In this document: piece by piece, positions 1 through 12,159 of the stretch
Numbering within the stretch: position 1 is the stretch's first letter
How the letters are laid out: each line of letters begins with the position of its first letter
Assembly: GCA_002104905.1 (NCBI GenBank)
Contig: MCFE01000280.1
Span: 39,821-103,820, forward strand
DNA length: 64,000 nucleotides
Direction: 5' to 3'
From: Basidiobolus meristosporus CBS 931.73
Lineage: Eukaryota > Fungi > Basidiobolomycota
Program-made: the position numbers and the translations under genes
The notes under the pieces: model-generated
Seen by the model: the letters and a program-made list of their open reading frames with translations, nothing else
Databases searched by the model: none
Told to the model about the DNA's origin: nothing

Positions 1-1
1 G

Positions 2-718
2 CCGGTCGCGACCTTCGTGTGGGTGAAGACGTTCAAGCTGGGGATCTACACGCCAGCGATCATCCCAATGCTGGTGATTTACATGTTGATCGCGGTCGAG
101 TCCATCGGAACGATCACGGCTTGCTGTGATGTGTCAGGAGTGGAGGTGTCCGGGCCAGTGTTCGAGACCCGTATCCAGGGGGGAGTGCTCGCCGACGGGC
201 TGAACAGCCTCCTGGCCGGTCTCCTCACCAACCCGCCCATGTCCACATTTGCGCAGAACAACGGAATCGTGGCGTTGACGAGATGCGCGAACCTGACCAC
301 CGGGTACGCATGCTGCCTGTTCCTCGTCATCCTGGGGGTGTTCTCCAAGCTGGCCTCCGTTTTCCTGGCCATCCCGGAGTCGGTGCTCGGAGGGATGACG
401 ACATTCCTCTTTGCGAACGTCCTTGTCTCGGGCATCCGCATCCTCAGCTACCTCAAGTGGACCCGTCGGGATCGATTCATCGCCTCCGCGGCCATGACCC
501 TTGGCATGGGCACCACCATCAAGGATGACTGGTTCTCGTATGCACTGTCGTCATACAAAGGGACCAACACCACGGTGAATGGGCTGATCATCTCGGCGGA
601 GATGATTGTGAACTCTGGCTTCACCATTGCCGCGTTGATTGCCATCATTCTCAACCTCGTGATGCCCAAGGAGGAGGAGGACCTCGAGCATGAGGAGAAC
701 GACCAACATGCGGTCTGA
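2..718 (+). CDS. NCS2/NAT-family nucleobase (xanthine/uric acid-type) permease, 3' part; 5' end lies upstream of the window
   Basis: Frame is open from base 2 (PVATFVWVKTF...). It carries the NAT signature FAQNNGIVALTRCAN, plus AVESIGTITA, RIQGGVLADG and SVLGGMTTFLF typical of fungal UapA-like permeases. Several hydrophobic helices; GC- and CpG-rich codons. Confidence 0.92.
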   Translation, partial: PVATFVWVKTFKLGIYTPAIIPMLVIYMLIAVESIGTITACCDVSGVEVSGPVFETRIQGGVLADGLNSLLAGLLTNPPMSTFAQNNGIVALTRCANLTTGYACCLFLVILGVFSKLASVFLAIPESVLGGMTTFLFANVLVSGIRILSYLKWTRRDRFIASAAMTLGMGTTIKDDWFSYALSSYKGTNTTVNGLIISAEMIVNSGFTIAALIAIILNLVMPKEEEDLEHEENDQHAV

Positions 719-2580
719 ATTCCATCCTTGCTCGCCAGATGCTGACGAGGATTTCCTATGGCCCATCCTATTCCCCATCCACCCTTTCTGAGCGGATGAA
801 TAATATTGTAATATAACGTATATCATTAAAGTTGGATTTTTTAACTACGACCCAACTGTTGTACCTCAAACCATGGCCATTGTCTTTCCATCGGTGACCA
901 TGTGTAATCACTCAATCGGCGTTGATTGGTCCCAGGGACGCGCGGTCGACGGATCCGAGCATATAGAATGGGTGGAGCTATACAAGGTGTCAAGACTCTG
1001 GGGGTGGGACCCTTCGACACCCTCGTTTCATTGGTGTACCACCTCGACCGAATCCCAGATCCCACTTAAATCAATTTAGCAAAGGATATATTTGGGAATT
1101 CAACCAACATGCCTGATTCATGTACCTCATCAATGCCGTAGCGCATTTCTTGGGGAATATAGAGCGCTGTGTCGTGAAGTTGGCTTCGAACAAGTCGTCC
1201 ATAGGCGGAAGCCAACTCAGCCGGTCAGATTGGCGGTCGTTTCCGTTCGTGGAATCCGGTTGACGCTACGCTCTGCGCCGGTTCAACCAAGGTTCCAAGT
1301 TAATTTAGATGATTAAGCATCGAGCCTAATCATCCCGTGGTTTATTGGCGACTTTCTTGCCGAGTCATCTGATCCTATCGAGGTCGGATCGATCTTATCT
1401 TAGGATAAGCCCTCGGCGTTGTCACCAAGGACAGGTCCCAACCGCTTCTCCAACCGATCAACGGTCCGGTTCACTAATTGGTCAAGGAATACTCTAACCG
1501 TTGAATGCCACCCGGCAGGTTCATGGTTGATGGGTGGTTCTAGGAACCCGGAATTTCGCCAACTTGACTACTGCTTTCCCCGCACCATGGATATACTGGA
1601 TTATCATCCGAAATCATTGGTCGCTTGTCTATTCTTATGCCGGTGAGTTTATTAGAGGATTTCAGGTGTTAGTACCGTCACCCGGATATTCCAGTACAGG
1701 GTAGACTGGCTGCAGCTTTCCCTTACCATAAGGATGTCTCAACTAGGTTCAGCGGGTCGTAAGGACGATTGAAGGCTATCTGAGAAGGCCTCGACCGAAG
1801 ATGGCAGCCACTGATTGGATGCATACTAACCACCGAGCAAAATATTGGATGACTTGGTGGCGCCGAATTCCACTTCAGCTATGTTGCATTGCAGGAGACT
1901 TGGGCCAGTGACGTAAATCGAATGAATCTGCTTATACTTGTCGCTCAGCGGAGACCCACGGGGCCAATCTTCTTCCTACTATGCCCCCAACAATCCCTTC
2001 ATTGAGTCAATCTGTAAATAGTCCCAATGTTTGCGGATTTCCGTGTAGTGTTCTTATGTAGGGTATAGTTTCAGACCCCAAGAATCTGTATGCGAAGGTC
2101 CTAACCTTTTGAGCAATACGGAGTAATATCCTTAGTAATTCTCAACACTGTATTTGGCCAAAGAATGTCAGCGGTTGTAGTACAGGATCTAAGAGACCGC
2201 ATTCATTTAGCTATTTAGATGCAAATGCAAAATTTGCAATGGTTGTTGCTTACTTGTTTATTCACTAATATATATAGATATTTATCCACCTTTTCAAAGG
2301 TCCTGGTGAAGTAGGAATACTACAAAGCTCAAGAAGGTCCTAGGAGCAAGTATGCAGATGCTGAGGGGCTTACGAGTAACTCCGACTACCACCTTATTTG
2401 GTTTATATTGCTACAAATGGATAACTATATTGTGGCTGGCAAAATTTGACATGGTGAATATATACCAATAATACTCTTTCCAAAGAAGCTCACAAAGTCC
2501 AATATGTACTTGGATGCTACAAATACAATGCTCCCTATCAATCAACCACAGGTATATCTGATATATCTCATGACAAACAT

Positions 2581-2990
2581 TGTTGCAAGAGTTTTGGAGA
2601 TATTGGAGGTGATTGGAAGAACAAGTGGATTATGTGATTTTCACTCAATGATATAATGAACATAAAAGTAGTATATATGCTTCTGCATGGATTGGCCAGA
2701 AAAACACATAAAATTTGTTTAGGAAGCTCCTAAAAACATGTGTGCAGAGCTTAGGGTGATTTGGACAGCTTTGAGAAATGTTATGCTCTTGGTGCCTTAT
2801 AGTTTGGTGAAAATATTCCTTGTAAGGCCTGAGAAGGAATTTGGTCTGAATTCTCCAAGATTAGTAGGCAATGATCCAAGTGACTAAGTCAAGAGAATAT
2901 CTAGGTGTGATGAAAAAACCTACATCACTCCACACAACTAAATATTTACATGAACCAGTCCCAATTGTGATCTGGGATACTGTCAATCCT
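2581..2990 (-). mobile_element. Degenerate 3' LTR (2581-2927) and RNase H tail of Copia family A
   Basis: TGTTGCAAGAG...TACATCA is collinear with the LTRs at 4067-4412 and 11570-11918. It is followed by a decayed PPT and RNase H end similar to 4413-4460. Confidence 0.7.
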
Positions 2991-2994
2991 CAAT

Positions 2995-3180
2995 GTCATT
3001 TGATATGTAAGGTTTAATATATAAAGCAAAGTATTGCCTTTTATTGCTTTGAAAGGTTGCTCTGTGGGTCTTATCTTTGGGCACAGCTGTAGTGCTTCAA
3101 AGACTGTACAGTGCTCCTTTGCTGTTACATTAGGAAATGGCTCTATCCTGGTCCCCAAGAAAAATAACATGGTCCAACAG
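2995..3180 (-). pseudogene. Fragment of the CACTA-element accessory ORF
   Basis: RIEPFPNVTAKEHCTVFEA matches RIEPFPNVTAEKHCIVFEV in ORF 57251-57868. Confidence 0.7.
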
Positions 3181-3399
3181 GTGAAGCCAATTTGAATCAG
3201 TTATCAGGATCCTGCAGTGAGGCCATTATAGTGCCTGCAGCTTGGAATTCTTAACCCTTTTTACCCTCTTTTGGCAGAATTGTGACCATGTTTGCTGATT
3301 TTACTGCAAAATAATGTAATAAACTTGGCAGCATTTTGACAGTCTTTTTGCAGAGCTTACATGGTATTCAGGCAGTCTTAATGCAGTCTACATTAATCT

Positions 3400-4066
3400 G
3401 AACAGACCTAACCAGTCAATACATTTAACTGCCTTCTATGGTCAAAAACATGATATTGCTTAGACAGCCTTGATGTGCATCTCTTTTGACATTATAACAG
3501 CTTTATAATTGCCTACAGCTAGTCCTGCATATTGCTGTCATACCAATTTACCAGTAAGTATTTCATTTTCTACCTCCACTGGTGCCTTTGATATATTCCA
3601 CTGTGGAATCACACCTCTTTATTTGCTTGCCCACTACTATCATGGGTATTCCACACAGAGATTGAATTAAACAAAACTATGGCCTCCTGCTTACTAACCT
3701 CTTTATATGCACACAGCTGCAGGAACTGAAACACTTCTATCACCCCTACTTTATGGCTTTTCAGTGTGATACTTGAAAAGCTGCCATAGACCTTCCCTAT
3801 GAAAAATAACTTGGTCCTGCAGGTGGATCCCATCTGTATCAGCCATCATGATCCCATCAGGAGACCACTATAATACCAGCAGCTTGGAATTAATGACCAT
3901 CTACATAATCTTATGACAGGATCACCACAGTGTTTGGCTAATTTTACAGCCAAATATAGTTGAAAAACATAATAGTATTTGTACAGTGTTTTGCCAAGGG
4001 TAGGATGGTATTGTGGCAGTCTTAGTGCATTCTACAACTACTTCAGTGGATCTAACTGGCCAGTAC
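3400..4066 (-). repeat. Unclassified decayed coding repeat, copy 1
   Basis: Blocks homologous to 12465-13050; reads YWPVRSTEVVVECTKTATIP and WNTHDSSGQA. Confidence 0.7.
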
Positions 4067-6345
4067 AGTTGTAAGAGTCTTGGAGATATTGGAAGTGATT
4101 GGGAGGACATGTAGATTATGTAGTTTTCACTTAATGGTTTGTTGAATGTAAAAGTAGTATTTATATTTTTACATGGTTTTGACATAAAAGACATGTAGAA
4201 TAGGTTAAGGAGGATTCAAGAGCATGTGTGCAAAGTTTTGGGCTGTTTGGACAACTTCAAGAATTTTATGTTCTGGATACCTGGTATTTTGGTGAAAATA
4301 TTCTACATAAATCTTGAGAAGAAATTTAGTCAGTATTCTCTAGGATTTGAAGGTAATGATCTAGTGACTAAGTGAGGTGAATATTTAGGTGGAATTCCAA
4401 ATTTTTACAACACTCCCACTCAGCTATATGCTCATACTGACTAGTCCTAATTTTGACCTAAGATATGCAAGCTTGTCTCTAGCTAATGGTTTAGTAGATA
4501 TGTCTGCAATCATTTCATCTGAAGGACAGTAAACTAAGCTAACTAAGTTATTATCTATAGCTTTGCATATGTAATGATGTCTAATATATATGTGCTTAGT
4601 TCTAGCATGAAAAGTTGGATTTCTACCTAATTGTATACATCCTTGATTATCTTGAAATAAAGTATTAGGCATTTTCTGACATAGGCCTAAATCTGTAAAA
4701 AGCTTTCTTAGCCACTTTACTTCTTTTGTAGCTTTGCAGGCTGCCATATACTCTGCCTCTGTGGTAGAAAGTACTATGGTTGGTTGCTTTCTGGAATTTC
4801 ATGAAATTGCTCCTTTACAGTACAGAAAGGTGTATCCTGTGGTGGAACTTCTGCCTTCCAAATTTTGTCCCCAATCAGCATCAGAATATCCCACAAGATC
4901 TTTTTCTGAATTCTTATAAGTGTATCTTAAGCAGATATCAGCAGTTCTTTTTAGGTTTCCAAAAATCCGCTTAACTGCTGAAATATGATCAGATCCATAG
5001 TTCTGATTATATTGGCTGACTACTCCCACTGAGTATGAGATATCTTGACATGTTCCAAGCATGATATACATCAGACTGCCAACCATAGACTGATAAGGAA
5101 AGTCAGGGCTTTCAGATGGCACCAAGCTCTCTTGATTTGGTTGAGTTTTGACCAAGTTAAGGTTTGTCTCCATTGGGGTAGTTGCAAGTAAGCAGTCTTC
5201 CATTTGATACTCCTTTAGCATATCTTGAATATACTTGGATTGGCTTAGGGTGATGGTCTGGGTACTTCTGTCTATGGAGAACTTTATCTGTAAGTAGTAA
5301 CTGAGTCCTTGTAGATCAGATATCTTGAACTCTCTAGATAGGCTGGATTCAGTCTCCTCCAATGTTGCTAGATTTTTGGTGGCTATAATAAGATCATCCA
5401 CATATAGAGCTAATACAACTGAATTTGCTCTATCTGGCTTATGGTATTTACTCTAGTCAGCATTACTCCTTTTGAAACTCACAGATATCAAACAAGAATC
5501 TCTCTTGCAATTCCAGGCTCTTGGTGATTGTTTGAGACCATATAGAGACTGTTAAAGCTTGCAGACCAAATGGGGGTTATCTTAGTCAGCAAACCCATCA
5601 GGCTGGTCCATATGCATGTCCTCAGCAAGTTCTCCAATCAAAAATCCAGCTGTGACATCCATCTGATGAGTAAAAAACTTATATTTGGCTGCAATAGCCA
5701 ATATTAATCTGATGGAATTGAACTTGGCTACCAGTGCAAAGGTCTCAGTATAGTCAAGTCCTTTTGTTTGAGAGTATCCTTTGGCCACAAGTCTTGCTTT
5801 GTATCTTTCAGTTGTACCATCAGCCTTGTATTTTGTCTTGAATACCCACCTGTATCCAATTGATACTTGGTAGATTGGTAATTTGACCAAGTCCCAAGTA
5901 TGATTTTCTGTCATGGCCTGATATTCCGCAGCCATTGCAGATCTCCAAAACTTTGTCTGAGGGCTATCTAGGGCCTCATTCACAGTCTGGGGCACATCAA
6001 TATGGACTGAATAGGCATAGGCTAAGTTTGTACCCTCATTGATACAGTAATTTGGGTTATGTCTTGTCTGATTGAATCTCTGGGCATTTGATACTGGAAT
6101 GATTGCTTCTGGGATATTCCTGGGCACTGATTCAGGCTGAATCACAGTTGTTGAGTCCTCTGGAGTGAAAAAATTTTCATTGCTTTGCTCTGTATCAATC
6201 CTGACCATTGGTGGACTTGAGATCAGATTTTTGTCATCATCGGATGTCATTTTTTGTGAAAATTTTGAATTTCATAAAACAACACATCCCTGAACTTGAT
6301 CAGCTTCTTTGCTTTGGTATTGTAGAGTCTAAGACTCTTACAACA
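4067..6345 (-). mobile_element. Ty1/Copia family A, 3' half (3' LTR 4067-4412, PPT 4413-4422, RNase H, RT, end of integrase)
   Basis: LTR ends TTACAACA and is adjoined by CTCCCACTCA (PPT). Motifs YVDDLII, GYSDADW, KHIYIRHHYI, ADISTKPL, WVFKTK, RYKARLVAKGY. Several stops and frameshifts. Confidence 0.92.
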
Positions 6346-7732
6346 TAAAAGGCTTTCTTAACTGCATTGCTTCTTTTGTAGCTTCACAGGCTCCCATATA
6401 CTCTGCCTCTGTGGTAGAGAGTGCTACAGTTGGTGGCTTTCTTGAATTCCATGAAACTGCTCCTTCACAGCAAAGAAAGGTGTATTCTGTGGTGTATCTT
6501 CTGTCTTCCAAGTATTGTCCCCAATCAGCATCAGAATATCCCACAAGATCATGTTCTGAATCAATTTAAGTATATCTTAGGCAGATATCAGCCGCTCCTA
6601 TTAGGTATCTAAAAATCTGCTCAACTGCTGCAACATGATAAGATCCATATTTCTGAATATGTTGGCTAACAGCTCCAACTGAATATGAGATATCTGGACA
6701 TGTTCCAGCATGATATACATCAGACTGCTAGCCATATATTGATCAGGAAAGTCAGGGCTTTCAGATGGCACCAAGCACTCTTGACTTGATTGAGTTTGGA
6801 CCAAGTTAAGGTTAGTAAAGCTGGATTTGCTTTATCTGGCTTATAGTATATACTATAGTCAGGATTACTACTTTTGAAACTCAAGAATTCCAAACAAGAA
6901 TCTCTCTTGTAATTCCAGGATCTTTGTGGTTGTCTGAGACCATAGAGAGATTTTTAAGCTTGCAGACCAAACAGGGGTTATCTTGGTCAACAAACCCATC
7001 TGGCTGGTCCATATAAACATCCTCATCAAGTTGTCCACTCAGATATGCAGTTTTTACATCCATTTAGTGTATAAAAAACTTATATTGGGCCACAATAGCC
7101 AATTTCAATCTAATGGAATTAAACTTGGCTACCGGGGCAAAGGTCTCAGTATAGTCAAATCCTTTTGCTTAAGAGTATCCTTTGGCCACAAGTCTTGCTT
7201 TGTATCTTTCAATTGTACCAGCAGCCTTGTATTTTGTCTTGAAGATCCATCTGCATCCAGTTGATTTTTGGTTGATTGGTTATTTGACTAAGTCCCAAGT
7301 TTGCCTTTGCATTAGGGCCTGATATTCCTCAGTCATTGCAGATCTCCACAACTTTGTCTGAAGGCTATTGAGGGCCTCATTCACAGTCTGGGGCTCATCA
7401 ATATGGACTGAATAGGCATAGGCTACGTTTGTACCCTCCTTGATAGGGTAATGTGGACTTTTTATTGTCTGGTTAGATCTCCTGGCATGTGACTCTGGAA
7501 TGCTCACTTCTAGTATATTCCTAGGCACTAATTCAGGCTGAGCCACAACTATAGAGTCCTCTGAAGTGAAAAAATTTCATTGTTTTGCTCTGATTAAATT
7601 CTACTATTAGTGGACTTGGGATCAGGTTTTTGTCATCATCTAAAGTCATTTCTTGTGAAAATTTTGAATTTTCATAAAACTGCACATCCCTGGACTTGAT
7701 TAGCTTCTTTGCTTTGGTATTGTAGAGTCCAT

Positions 7733-8803
7733 TGTGGTGGTGTATAAGTCCAAGGGAGAGATACGTCCAACACTTCTCAAGTGTTTTGTGTGTGGGGTGT
7801 TCACTGGGTGCAATAACCTCTGGCAAAAGCTTGCTAGGAATACTTGGGTTCTGTCTCTAATCTAATGTGAAGGGGAATAAAGCCACAAGCTTGTCAAGGG
7901 AAAACTATTGAGCTACAATCCCCAACTTAGTTGGCGTCTTAACAAAAGTATGTGCTGGGTTCAGCGTCCTTTGAGATGACAATGTACTAAAGCTTCCAAA
8001 GTCAAAACAACTGTAAACTCCACCAGCAGGGACTTGATAAGAATGCAGCTTTGGTCAATAGTTACAAAGACAGAAAAGTATCTTTGCCTGTACAAGAACA
8101 AACTTGGGAAAGAATCAAATATAATAAAAGATACCTACTCTGAGTATTCCTCACAAGTAGTGCCTCCAAGGTCAGTTGGCTTTCAGTGCAGTTTCCTGGG
8201 AGTGTCCTGTGGTCTAGGGTTGGAAGTTCAGGTAGTAGCAGGTAGCAGTGATCACACTAATCAACAAGTCGGTATATTGATAAAAGGGATGATGATTTAT
8301 TGTTGAGGGATAGCCTCCCTTATATACTTTTCTCACTGGCTAAGTGATTACTAATCATGGTGTTCCAGAAGGTTCCGGAGATCAATAGAAATCTTAATGA
8401 CATCAGAATGACCTAAGAATGTTCCAAGTAGGTGCCGGAAGGTTCTAAGAGGCACAACACATCCAACCAATCAGGAATCAGTATTCTGAAACCTGTGTAA
8501 CATGGGGATACCATATATGGTATGGAAATGGTAGGGATGGTGACACGGGCTGATCAAGTGTCACGGGTACTGGCGCGGGTACTTGCCTAATATAGAAGTA
8601 CTTATAGCTAGTAATCTTACATAAAGTGAGAGGTAACTTATGCAATAAGGTAAGCAGGTGTGATAGTCAACCGGCTTATGGGATAGTACTGATTGGGTAA
8701 GACAAATGGGATAAAACTAAAATAAGTGTAGTAGAGATATAGTGAAGTAGAAAATAAGGGAATGAGCACATCTGTCAGTGGGTGTCACTGTCACCCCACT
8801 ACA
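7733..8803 (-). mobile_element. Solo LTR of Gypsy family B (1071 bp) with 4-bp TSD CCAT
   Basis: TGTGGTGG...CCACTACA; CCAT at 7729-7732 and 8804-8807. Removing it restores the Copia integrase sequence. About 17 substitutions (by eye) versus LTR 59378-60448. Confidence 0.95.
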
Positions 8804-10339
8804 CCATATGCTTGATTCTCTTGGCAGTAGCTCAAAAATATGCATTTACACTTCTTAGCTCAAGTTTTGATTGATTCCCAGGGGGTTTCTTGGCATAGGC
8901 TGTACACCCAAATATTGTTAGATGTTCTGCACTTGGTGTGTACTCATACCATGCTTCAAATGGAGTAGAACCACATGGTATTTTGCTATAACTCCTATTT
9001 TAAGGTGTACGGCTGTGGCAACTGATTCCACCCAAAAATCTTAGAATATTTTTGATCATGGATCATAGATCTTGCCATATTAGTTATTGATCTGTTTGCA
9101 CAATCTGCTGCTCCATTTTGCTGTGTGGAGTATGGTACAGTAGTCTCTTGCTTTAACCCCTGTATTTGCAGAAATGGATGAAGAGTTTTGAGGTATACTC
9201 TCCACCATTGTCAGAGCATATTTTCTTGCTTTTTTCACCAGTTTCTCTCTCCACCATGGCTTTAAACTCCCTGAGCTCAGACAGAGCCTCTTCCTTTCTC
9301 TCCACAAAGTATACCCATGTGTATCTTGTATAATTATCAATCAAAGTGATTGAATACTCCATCCCACCTAAGGATAAATTTTGCATAGGTTCACCCAAAT
9401 GTGTGTGAATTAACTCTAATTTGTTCTTAGTTCTGATTAACCTGGAGATGTTGAACAGTGGTCTGGTTTGTTTCCCATATATGCAGGCTTTACAGTACTC
9501 CAAACTAGCTGGAGGATCAACTTTTACTCCAGAAATTAGCTGATCTTTGATCATTTTGCATAAGTAATCACAATTGATGTGCCCAAATCTCCTGTGCCAA
9601 AGCATTGGTATTTCTTCATTTGAGTTACTTATACTGGTTTCCAAATATGATGGAATATAGGTCAACCTGTATAGATTCTGATCTCTGATACCCAAAGCAA
9701 TACAGGAACCATTTTGATCAGTGATCCTGAATCCAGAAATGTCAAAGATGAAACTGAGTCCTTCTGCTGTGGCCTTGCTTACAGATAGCAGGTTCCTGGC
9801 TACTTCTTGTGCATAGAGTACTTCTCTAAAAGTCAGTGTATGGCTTCCTTCACTGCTTCTAAGGTTTACTTATATAGTTCCTTCCCCTACTGCATCAAGT
9901 GTTGTATTTTCACCCATGAGAACCTTCTTAATTGGAATTTCTTGGTACTGGGTAAAAGTTCTTTTTGGTGTGTAAAGTGCTGAGATGCTCCAGGATCAAT
10001 AAACCATGTCTGAGAATCCTGGTTTGTGGTCAACTTTAGTGCAGAGATGAATAGTCTATCTTCAGTTGTTGTAGCATTTGCATATTCAGGTTTTTTCTGA
10101 TAACTATCTCTCTTTTCAAAGCACCAGTCTGATGCATGTCCTTTCCTTTTGCAGTAGTTACAAAACAGATTGCAATAGCCTTTTAATGGTCTTGGGTATC
10201 TCCTTTATTGGTTATCATTGCTTATTAAGGCATTTTCTTCTTCTTTCTTATTGGCGCTTTATTTCCTTAATTTTCATCCATGGGCCTTCTATATATGTAA
10301 TCTAAGGTCAAATCTTCAGATCTGGACACTAGGGCTGAT

Positions 10340-11037
10340 TGTTGTGCATCAACATTTAAAACTTAGCCAATTTTACTCCGTTTGAAAATCTAGTACCCTA
10401 ACTGATTTTCCCTAACCCAAACATAACAAATCCCAGTTACAGTTTATTTTATCCCACCTCTGAATCTATTTTTAGCTATCACACCTGATCTATTTTCAAA
10501 TGGTCATTACGTTATCAACCTATTTGCCAAGCCTTCCCAGGTGATTAGTCATCTGAGATCTATCCAACCACTGTGCAGTTGCCAAGACATCAGTTGATTA
10601 ATGATGTAATTTTCATTTATCTTATGCACCTATGAACACCCAAATTGATTTCAATCAATCCAGTCCCTTGGCGCTTTCTAATTCAACTTGATCAGAAAAG
10701 TATAAATAAAGTTTACTGAACCTTTTGGTTTAGTGTGTGTCTCAACAAAATTAAGATTCTGTCTCAGCAAAAATTAGAATCCAACAATTCTGTTCTAGTT
10801 TCTATCCAAGCCTAGTATATCTAGCACTCCAAAGAACACCAAGCCTAGCCTGCCTAGCAAACAAAATATCATTGTCTTTATAGCCAACCCAGTTATATCC
10901 AAGACCAATATTAGATCAGAATCTTTCTGCTAATATTTCTGCCATTCTCTGACAATTCTAAGATTCTGCACTTAATTGTCCCTTTGGTTCAGTTAAACCA
11001 TTCAAGAGTTTTATTACACTTTCTCTTTGATACAACA
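10340..11037. mobile_element. Solo LTR (698 bp, family not otherwise represented as a full element) with 5-bp TSD CTGAT
   Basis: TGTTG...TACAACA flanked by CTGAT (10335-10339, 11038-11042). Removing it restores the gag sequence seen intact at about 16440-16470. Its right end recurs at about 53858-53957. Confidence 0.9.
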
Positions 11038-12159
11038 CTGATACAAGGCCCCAAAACTTGTCTGTCAGGCTATTCAGGATGGTAACTATCACATCCTCAT
11101 CAGTAGTTGGTATGCCCACAGATTCCATTTCATTTACCAGCAGGATAATTCTGTAAATTAGATTTTTCATTTCTTCTCCTGGCTGCATCTTTGTAGTAAG
11201 ATATTTTTGTCTCAGATACATTTTCTTAGCAGCTGAACATGACTGGCAGATGTCTTCTAATGCCTTCCAGGTATTTTTTATTGTTTTTGCTATCAAGCAT
11301 TGAATAAGCAGTGTATTTCTAACCATAAGATAATTACAGTCAATGGCACTTTGTTGTTTCTTCTGCTACCTTAAGGCGTCCTCTCCCATGTTTTTAGGAG
11401 GGCACTCTTCTCCCATGACAATATCCCAAAGGCCTCTTTGTTGTAGCAGCATCTTCATCTTCACCTTCCTCACTTGGTAGTTGGATCCATCCAACTTTTC
11501 AGCAGAGGGAAAATTTCAATAATAACAGTGGTAGACATTGCAGAGAGTGACAGCTTGGGGCTCATAACCTGCGGTAAGAGTCTTGGAGATATTTGAAGCA
11601 ATTTGAGAGGACAAGTAGATTATGTGTTTTTCACCCAATGAAATATTGAATGTACAGGTAGCGTTTATACTTTTACATGGTCATGGCATTACAAACATGT
11701 AAAATAGGTTGAAAAAGGTCTCAAGAGCATGTGTGCAAGTCTGGGGCTGTTTGGACAACTTTGAAAATTTTCATGTTATGGGTGCCTGGTATTTTAATCA
11801 GAATATACTAAGTAAATCCCAACCAGGAGTTTGGTTAGTATACTCTAGGATCTAAAGGTAATGATCTAAGAGACTAAGTTACATGAACTTTTAGGTGTAA
11901 TTACAAATTTTTACAACATAGGTGTCTCCATGCACATATCTGCTCTCAGTATTTGCTAACTCTCCCTGGCTGTCCCTCATGTGTCAACTCATCACATCCA
12001 TCATGGACTTGAATGTTATACTCTTAATGAGATTGGGATATGGCAGTACATGCAACTTGACCTGTCTTCCTATCTTGCCACACATATGCTCCATAGGAAA
12101 CTCCTAAAAGGTGAAGTAAGGTCCAATATTTTCATCATACCAAGCAGGATGGAGTAGAA

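Larger units (their letters stand above)
6346..11918 (-). mobile_element. Ty1/Copia family A element (5' LTR 11570-11918, PBS 11558-11569, gag, PR, IN, RT/RH partly deleted), carrying two solo-LTR insertions
   Basis: PBS GGTTATGAGCCC next to the LTR. Gag KKMYLRQK/DEDVIVTILNSL, protease WFIDPGASQH, GAG-pre-integrase LWHRRFGHIN, integrase [16 protein letters not shown]. Copia order PR-IN-RT-RH. Confidence 0.92.

Noticed and set aside
79-1646. Short ORFs overlapping or following the permease
   Set aside because: Antisense or alternate frames of a GC-rich CDS, or short intergenic ORFs with no motifs.
8034-8306. A 90-92 aa ORF repeated three times (8034, 58973, 59679)
   Set aside because: It lies antisense inside three nearly identical young LTRs, so its conservation is expected. 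It starts at TTG and has no motif.
10958-11326. 122-aa ORF with a novel-looking C-terminus
   Set aside because: Chance read-through from Copia gag into the solo LTR at 11037.
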